Below, piece after piece: positions 32,511 through 38,043 of a DNA stretch of 38,043 nucleotides (the first letter of the stretch is position 1; every line of letters begins with the position of its first letter). The translations under genes were made by a program, and so were the position numbers. Below the pieces are notes generated by a model that made no database searches, had not been told where the DNA came from, and was given only the letters and a program-made list of their open reading frames with translations. This DNA comes from Flavobacteriaceae bacterium (lineage in GTDB: Bacteria > Bacteroidota > Bacteroidia > Flavobacteriales > Flavobacteriaceae): NCBI GenBank assembly GCA_002714815.1, contig PAYI01000054.1:1-38043 (forward strand), given 5' to 3'.

Positions 32511-32795
32511 ATTATTTCAAAAAAAATTTATCATTCAGGCTGCTCATCGATATTTTTCGATGCTGGCTCCCCTAAAAAGAAATTAAAAATTGTAATAAAA
32601 AAGAAAGACTATTCTTTGGCAGTCCAACGAAATAAAATTAAGCGCTGGATAAGGGAAATTTTTAATAAAAATATCTTGGGCCAAGGGTATATTGTTATTG
32701 TAAGGCGCGGATTTTTGGAAGCTGGGTTTAAAAATATATCTTCTAGTTTTCAGGCTGCATTAGATAATTTTGTAAATAAACAGCAAGATAATTAA
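32511..32795 (+). CDS. rnpA: Ribonuclease P protein component (start codon uncertain, no canonical start)
   Basis: Not in the ORF track. The frame is open from 32490 to TAA 32793-32795 and reads ...FIISKKIYHSGCSSIFFDAGSPKKKLKIVIKKKDYSLAVQRNKIKRWIREIFNKNILGQGYIVIVRRGF... It contains the RNR motif (AVQRNKIKRWIRE) and sits in the canonical position between rpmH and yidD. There is no in-frame ATG or GTG. The only TTG (32616) would remove the conserved core, so 32511 (ATT) is a provisional start. Confidence 0.72.
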   Translation: MISKKIYHSGCSSIFFDAGSPKKKLKIVIKKKDYSLAVQRNKIKRWIREIFNKNILGQGYIVIVRRGFLEAGFKNISSSFQAALDNFVNKQQDN

Positions 32796-32796
32796 T

Positions 32797-33009
32797 ATGA
32801 AAAAATTTTTAATATTTATGATTAGTTTTTACCAAAAATATTTGAGTTTTTTGTTCGGTAAGAATTGTAGGTTTGAGCCATCGTGTTCTCAATATGCAAA
32901 AGAGAGTATTGAGGTTCATGGTGTATTTATTGGGGGTTATTATTCTTTGGTAAGAATTTTAAAATGCGGTCCGTGGTCAGTTGGTGGGATAGATGAGGTG
33001 AGAAAATGA
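32797..33009 (+). CDS. yidD: Membrane protein insertion efficiency factor YidD
   Basis: 70 aa. YQKYLS...CRFEPSCSQYAKESIEVHG...RILKCGPW is the YidD signature. Confidence 0.92.
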   Translation: MKKFLIFMISFYQKYLSFLFGKNCRFEPSCSQYAKESIEVHGVFIGGYYSLVRILKCGPWSVGGIDEVRK

Positions 33010-34556
33010 ATTGGAGATATTTTTATATTGGTTCTATTGTTGCTTTCTCATACGTATTATTTTTGTCATGGAATGCAGAAAAGGAGATAAAACAAGAGTT
33101 TGTTGAAGCGTCTTTGATAAAGCAAAACCAAAATGAAAAAATACTGCCTCAAGGCGAAACGCTGGGCTTTATTGAAATACAAAACAGTAAGCTTGTTGTT
33201 CAAATTAGCCCCTCTTCTGGAAAGATTTGGCAAGCAAGGCTTAAAGAACATACATATTTAAACAATAATAATTCGCAAGGCGTGCGGTTGTTTGGATTTG
33301 ATTTGCTTTCAGGTTTTAAGTTTTACCTTAATAGTGGTTTTGTTGAAGAGGTCAAGAATTTTGAAGTTTTAGAGGTTGGGCCAGATACAGCAAAGCTTAT
33401 TTCGATTGATGGGAGGATATCAAAAACAATTTCCCTTAAAGAAAACGATTATGAGCTTTTTATTGAAGATAGGTGGGTTGGTGAAATTCCTGCTGACATT
33501 CCTACTCCATATATCGCAATGTACAGGACGGATGGAAAACCTCTTGATGCTAGGGATAATTTTTTTGAAAATAGCTCTTACACCGGGGTGGCTTTTAACA
33601 CCCCCGCAGAGCCTTATGCAAATACAAGGCTGAGGAGTATCGGTGATGGGGTTGAATATTTCCAACGCGGTGGTTGGGTCGCATTTATACAAAAATATTT
33701 TATGGCTGCAATTCTTACCCCATCAGACCGGGTTCAAACCTTGACGGCTTTACCCCCTTCAAATGGTTCAGATACATATGTTATGGGCGCTATTTCAAGG
33801 GAAACTAAAGCGAGTCAGTTGGTTTCAGGTATCCAACATAGGGTGTTCGTTGGTCCCAAGATAAGATCTGATTTAATAAGCAGAGCGCCTGATCTAGAGT
33901 TAACAATTGATATGGGGTGGTTTTGGTTTTTGGCTCAACCATTAATGATGATGTTAAGCATGATAAATGTTTTTGTTGGAAACTGGGGCGTTTCGATTAT
34001 CTTGTTAACGGTTTTAATTAAATTTTTGCTTTGGCCGGTTTCTGCAAAAGGCTTCTCGAGTATGGCAAAGATGCGAACAGTAGGTCCAAAACTAAAAGAA
34101 ATTCAGGAGAGGTATAAAGACGACAGAGCAAAGCTTGGAACGGAAATGATGGCTCTGTATAAAAAAGAGGGCATAAATCCAGCTGGTGGTTGTTTTCCAC
34201 TTTTACTCCAAATGCCAGTTTTTATAGCATTCTTCTTTTGTTTGAGAGAAAGTGTTGAGCTTAGACATGAATCATTCTTTTTTTGGGTACAGGACCTGTC
34301 TGCTCCTGATCCTTTTTTTATACTTCCGGTTATTTTTGCGGCACTTATGTATCTAACACAGCAGTTAAACCCCCAACCCCCTGGCATGGATCCAACACAA
34401 GCTCAGATTATGAAATTTATGCCGGTTATGATAGCCGCTATTTTTGTAATCATGCCGGCCGGCCTTGTGCTTTATTCTGTTGCAAACAGCGCCATTTCTC
34501 TTATTCAACAAAAGGCAATGTATAAGAAATATGGTGCTCCAAGCGCCCCTGCATAG
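33006..34556 (+). CDS. yidC: Membrane protein insertase YidC
   Basis: 516 aa with an N-terminal TM helix plus periplasmic domain. Conserved C-terminal core: WGVSIILLTVLIKFLLWP...MRTVGPKLKEIQERYKDD...NPAGGCFPLLLQMPVF. ATGA overlap with yidD. Confidence 0.94.
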   Translation: MNWRYFYIGSIVAFSYVLFLSWNAEKEIKQEFVEASLIKQNQNEKILPQGETLGFIEIQNSKLVVQISPSSGKIWQARLKEHTYLNNNNSQGVRLFGFDLLSGFKFYLNSGFVEEVKNFEVLEVGPDTAKLISIDGRISKTISLKENDYELFIEDRWVGEIPADIPTPYIAMYRTDGKPLDARDNFFENSSYTGVAFNTPAEPYANTRLRSIGDGVEYFQRGGWVAFIQKYFMAAILTPSDRVQTLTALPPSNGSDTYVMGAISRETKASQLVSGIQHRVFVGPKIRSDLISRAPDLELTIDMGWFWFLAQPLMMMLSMINVFVGNWGVSIILLTVLIKFLLWPVSAKGFSSMAKMRTVGPKLKEIQERYKDDRAKLGTEMMALYKKEGINPAGGCFPLLLQMPVFIAFFFCLRESVELRHESFFFWVQDLSAPDPFFILPVIFAALMYLTQQLNPQPPGMDPTQAQIMKFMPVMIAAIFVIMPAGLVLYSVANSAISLIQQKAMYKKYGAPSAPA

Positions 34557-34558
34557 TT

Positions 34559-35866
34559 TTGATATTCGCGCTTGCAACACCTGTAGCCCAGTCTGCCATT
34601 GGGGTTTTTAGAGTTTCGGGGGCTGGTTGTTGCATAAAATTCAACGAGGTTCTCAACAAACCCATTTCTGATTATCGAAAGGTTTTCTTGAGGGATGTTC
34701 TTTGGGATGGGGTTATTGTTGATAGATGCTCAGTTGTTTTTTATTCAGCCCCAAGTAGTTACACAGGAGAGGATTCTGTTGAGATATTTTGTCATGGGGG
34801 CCTTTCTGTAATTAAGTCTTTAACAGGTGTTTTTCTGAGTCTTGGTTTCAGAGAAGCTGGTCCTGGTGAGTTTTCAAGAATTGCATTTGAGAACGGAAAA
34901 ATCTCCTTAAATGAGGCTGAGGCGATTGTTGACCTTATCCATTCTGAAGATGAAAACAGGGGAGCGCTTTCCTCAGAGGCGGTTGCCGGTAAGCTGAGCA
35001 ATATGATAGAAAACCTAGGCAATGAGGTTGACGCTTTAAGGGTTTTTATAGAGGGAAGTATAGATTTTTCTGATGAGGATTATGATTTTATTTCTGAGGG
35101 CTTGGTAAATGAGCGATTGGTTGAAATTAGGTCCTCTTTGAGAAATTTAATTGACTCCTCTTTGGTATCAACAAAAAAACTAACAAAAAACAGGGTTTTG
35201 TTTTTTGGCCCCCCTAACACAGGAAAGTCCTCTTTATTTAATAGAATGCTTGGATTTGAAAGGGCTCTTGTTTCAAAAGTTCCTGGAACCACTAGAGACC
35301 TAATAGATTCTGAAATTTTTTATAACAGTATAAACATGGAGTTGGTTGATTCTGCGGGTGTTAGGGAAACTGATGATTTGATCGAAGCAAAGGGTGTTGC
35401 CCGCTCTGGAGATGAGGTTCGTGATTCGGCTTTGGTTTTGGTTGTTCTAGATCACCTGACCGAAAGTCTAGCCAAAGACTTCTCGTTAATTTTGAATAAA
35501 AAAAACCATTTGTTTGTTTTCAATAAATCAGATGAAATGTCTCCAAGTCGAGCATATGATTGTGTTGTGTCGGCAAAATCTGGTGAGGGGGTTCAGGAAT
35601 TAAAAAAATTAATTTTTAATTCTATTCAAAAAAATAACAGGGGTTTTAGAAAGACTTTTATTATTAGAGAGCGACACCTTGTTTTGTTTAAATCGGCCTT
35701 ATCAAGCCTTGATGCTTGTATAGATAAGATTTCAAAAGAGAGTGATGTCGATGTTGCGGCTGAAGATTTAAGAATGGTGCGGTCTTCTTTTGATGAGTTT
35801 CTAGGTGTTAAATATCCAGATGAGTTATTGGGCGATATTTTTAATGATTTTTGTATAGGTAAGTAG
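34559..35866 (+). CDS. mnmE: tRNA modification GTPase MnmE
   Basis: 435 aa. G1 GPPNTGKSS, G3 DSAGVR, and the C-terminal FCIGK motif. TTG is the only start in the frame after the upstream stop. Confidence 0.93.
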   Translation: MIFALATPVAQSAIGVFRVSGAGCCIKFNEVLNKPISDYRKVFLRDVLWDGVIVDRCSVVFYSAPSSYTGEDSVEIFCHGGLSVIKSLTGVFLSLGFREAGPGEFSRIAFENGKISLNEAEAIVDLIHSEDENRGALSSEAVAGKLSNMIENLGNEVDALRVFIEGSIDFSDEDYDFISEGLVNERLVEIRSSLRNLIDSSLVSTKKLTKNRVLFFGPPNTGKSSLFNRMLGFERALVSKVPGTTRDLIDSEIFYNSINMELVDSAGVRETDDLIEAKGVARSGDEVRDSALVLVVLDHLTESLAKDFSLILNKKNHLFVFNKSDEMSPSRAYDCVVSAKSGEGVQELKKLIFNSIQKNNRGFRKTFIIRERHLVLFKSALSSLDACIDKISKESDVDVAAEDLRMVRSSFDEFLGVKYPDELLGDIFNDFCIGK

Positions 35867-36074
35867 ATAAAATGTGGAGAATCTGTGCTTAATTTTTTTG
35901 TTTTTTTTGTCCACAAGTTATTTAATAAGTGTTTACAGTTTATGGGTTTGGGCTTACATAATTTATTAAGGCTTGAATCTCTTTTGGAGACGGGGCCTGT
36001 GCGCCTTATCTACAAAAAAAAACTTCTTAATAATAACAACAATAATATATTGTTGTTATAACATTCTTATATAT
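35867..36074. other. Candidate oriC-like spacer: DnaA-box-like cluster plus AT-rich segment abutting mnmG (hypothesis)
   Basis: Three 9-mers are one mismatch from TTATCCACA/TGTGGATAA: TGTGGAGAA 35873-35881, TTGTCCACA 35907-35915, TTATCTACA 36006-36014. TGTGCTTAA at 35884-35892 has two mismatches. A nearly G/C-free stretch follows at 36015-36074, next to the mnmG start. Confidence 0.35.
36033..36059. repeat. Perfect 12-bp inverted repeat with 3-nt spacer (ATAACAACAATA-ATA-TATTGTTGTTAT)
   Basis: Read directly from the sequence. It ends 15 nt upstream of the mnmG ATG (36075). Confidence 0.85.
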
Positions 36075-37892
36075 ATGTTTGATGTAATAGTAATTGGTGG
36101 GGGTCATGCTGGTGTTGAGGCTGCGCACGCGGTTTATAGGCAAGGCCTTAACTGCTGCCTGGTTACTTTTAAAATTGAAAACATAGGCCAAATGTCTTGC
36201 AATCCAGCTATTGGGGGCCTCGGAAAATCTCATCTTGTTAGAGAGGTTGATGCCTTAGGTGGAATTATGGCTCAAGCCACAGATCGTTCAGGCATTCAAT
36301 CAAGAACCCTTAATACCAGAAAAGGTTTTGCGGTTCAGGCTCTTCGAGTTCAGTGTGATAGAGATAAATACAAGCAATCTATACAGGAATTTCTGCTTGA
36401 AACAAACATAACCATTAAAGAGGGTGAGGTGGTAGATATTATCCTTGAACAAAATACCATTCTTGGAGTTGAATTAAGATCTGGTGAAAAAATTAACTCA
36501 TCCAAGACTATTTTGACCACAGGAACATTTTTAAACGGAGTAATGTACAAAGGCGATGAAAAGATTTTAGGAGGCCGTGTTGGAGATAGCACATCAATAC
36601 CCTTGTCAGAAAAACTTTATGATTTAAAACTACCGATGGGAAGGCTTAAAACAGGAACACCAGCGCGAATAAAACTTTCCAGCATCAACTTAAACCTTAT
36701 GGAAGAGCAACCAGGTGACGAAAACCCTCCTCCTATGTCTGTTCTCCAACCACCGGAAGCAATACTTCCGCAGATCTCCTGTTATATAACAAGGACTAAC
36801 AAACAAACCCACAAAATAATTTCAGATAACACCCACCTATCTGCAATGTACTCCGGAAAAATTTCTGGAATAGGGCCAAGATACTGTCCATCTATAGAGG
36901 ATAAAATTAACAAATTTGGTGAAAAGGACAGCCATCAAATTTTTATAGAACCCGAGGGCCTAGAAAAGGATCTTGTTTATCCAAACGGAATTTCTACAAG
37001 CCTACCCACGTCAGCACAAAAAGAATTTGTAGAGTCTATTCAAGGGATGGAAAATTGCATAATAGAAGAGTTCGGTTACGCCGTAGAATATGACTTTATT
37101 GACCCTAGGTCATTAAAACCAACACTAGAAACAAAATTTATTAAAAACCTCTACCTTGCGGGTCAAATAAACGGCACAACAGGATACGAAGAGGCCGCAG
37201 CACAAGGTCTTGTTGCGGGCATTAATGCTGCTCAAAACATTCTCAATAAACCGGATGTAGTATTTGATAGAAGCGAAGCATATATAGGCGTTTTGATAGA
37301 CGACTTAACGCTTCATGGCGTAACAGAACCATACAGAATGTTTACAAGCAGAGCAGAGTTCCGCCTCATGCTTTCCCAAGATACCGCATGCCAGAGGCTA
37401 ACCAAAAAGGGCCACGCACTTGGGCTAATTGCAGAAAAAACATTTGGCACCTACTTGGAAAAAGAAAATAAATACCAAGATTTTTTAAAACAAATAAAAA
37501 AAATAAAAATAAAACACAACAACCAGCCCACAACTGGAGAAGATTTGCTCAAAAGAACCGACCTCACTACAAGCGAAATTAAGCTGCTTCTAAAAGTCTC
37601 CAAGGATAAAGAAGAGTTTTTTAAAAGAGCTGCAAACGAAATTAAATACAGTGGTTATATTGCAAAACAGAAAAGAGAAGTCGAAAGCTCTAAAAAGAAC
37701 GAAAAAGTCTTGATACCAAGCGACACCAACTACTTCAGCATCAAGGGCCTCTCAAACGAGGTTATTGAAAAGCTGATCAAACACAAACCATCAACCTTGG
37801 GCCAAGCAAGCAGATTAGAGGGCGTAACACCCGCAGCAATAAACTTAATTGCTATCACCATTAAAAAGAAACAACTGCTTGAGAAGGCATAA
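36075..37892 (+). CDS. mnmG: tRNA uridine 5-carboxymethylaminomethyl modification enzyme MnmG (GidA)
   Basis: Conserved N-terminus [17 protein letters not shown] (FAD GxGxxG) begins at ATG 36075. [20 protein letters not shown] and [18 protein letters not shown] motifs are present. The 34-codon upstream extension in the ORF track (TTG 35973) is rejected. Confidence 0.95.
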   Translation: MFDVIVIGGGHAGVEAAHAVYRQGLNCCLVTFKIENIGQMSCNPAIGGLGKSHLVREVDALGGIMAQATDRSGIQSRTLNTRKGFAVQALRVQCDRDKYKQSIQEFLLETNITIKEGEVVDIILEQNTILGVELRSGEKINSSKTILTTGTFLNGVMYKGDEKILGGRVGDSTSIPLSEKLYDLKLPMGRLKTGTPARIKLSSINLNLMEEQPGDENPPPMSVLQPPEAILPQISCYITRTNKQTHKIISDNTHLSAMYSGKISGIGPRYCPSIEDKINKFGEKDSHQIFIEPEGLEKDLVYPNGISTSLPTSAQKEFVESIQGMENCIIEEFGYAVEYDFIDPRSLKPTLETKFIKNLYLAGQINGTTGYEEAAAQGLVAGINAAQNILNKPDVVFDRSEAYIGVLIDDLTLHGVTEPYRMFTSRAEFRLMLSQDTACQRLTKKGHALGLIAEKTFGTYLEKENKYQDFLKQIKKIKIKHNNQPTTGEDLLKRTDLTTSEIKLLLKVSKDKEEFFKRAANEIKYSGYIAKQKREVESSKKNEKVLIPSDTNYFSIKGLSNEVIEKLIKHKPSTLGQASRLEGVTPAAINLIAITIKKKQLLEKA

Positions 37893-38043
37893 TCAAATCA
37901 AAAACCAAAGCAAAACAAACGAACTCACCACAATCTTTGTAGAAGAAATTTTAAAGTTCAACAAAGCCCACAACATAGTTGGACGTTTAACAAAATCGGA
38001 AATAAAACTTTTAGATGTTATTGATTGCGAGCTAATTCTTCCG
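37879..38043 (+). CDS. rsmG: 16S rRNA (guanine527-N7)-methyltransferase RsmG (GidB), partial, start uncertain
   Basis: Hand translation of the frame containing 37921 gives [41 protein letters not shown]. This parallels E. coli RsmG ([32 protein letters not shown]), and the gene is in the canonical position after mnmG. The only canonical start candidate is TTG 37879, which overlaps mnmG by 14 nt. The gene runs off the right edge. Confidence 0.6.
   Translation, partial: MRRHNQIKNQSKTNELTTIFVEEILKFNKAHNIVGRLTKSEIKLLDVIDCELILP

Noticed and set aside
35973-36074. The ORF-track version of mnmG starts at TTG 35973, adding 34 residues ([34 protein letters not shown]).
   Set aside because: The conserved MnmG N-terminus ([17 protein letters not shown], the FAD-binding fold) begins at ATG 36075. 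The extension is low-complexity translation of AT-rich spacer and covers DnaA-box-like sites. It is most likely non-coding.

Overview
This is an AT-rich (roughly one-third G+C by eye), very gene-dense core chromosomal region; by my coordinates only about 1.2 kb of 38 kb is non-coding. It spans the replication-origin neighbourhood of a gammaproteobacterium-like genome. The gene order resembles what I recall of the Pseudomonas PA0001-PA0025 and PA0105-PA0114 regions.

Contents, left to right:
- polA (partial, runs off the left edge), dsbB, pckA, gshA, an MDR-family quinone oxidoreductase, and a CX5R tyrosine-phosphatase-like protein.
- A complete aa3-type cytochrome c oxidase structural and assembly cluster: coxB-coxA-ctaG-coxC, a small twin-TM gene on the opposite strand, then SURF1, a hypothetical, ctaA, cyoE and SCO1.
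- yheV-aroE-hemF-tsaC-purE, def-fmt-trkA-trkH, an LpxL/HtrB-family acyltransferase, a dimeric-type glycyl-tRNA synthetase, and plsC.
- gyrB-recF-dnaN-dnaA, rpmH-rnpA-yidD-yidC-mnmE, and mnmG-rsmG (partial, runs off the right edge).

Three genes are absent from the ORF track and I read them by hand: polA, rpmH and rnpA. I see no rRNA or tRNA genes, CRISPR arrays, transposases or integrases, phage genes or defence-like genes.

I do not find a convincing novel multi-gene system; this is ordinary housekeeping DNA. The points worth a second look are:
1. A dimeric GlyRS sits where glyQ-glyS would be expected.
2. GyrB lacks the large proteobacterial insertion.
3. There are two competing oriC candidates, the dnaA-rpmH gap and the mnmE-mnmG gap.
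4. rnpA has no canonical start codon.
5. A Cys/His-free membrane-anchored protein lies inside the oxidase assembly operon.
6. All four convergent gene junctions have overlapping or abutting stop codons, leaving no room for terminators.

The organism assignment (a streamlined, probably marine gammaproteobacterium) is inference only.
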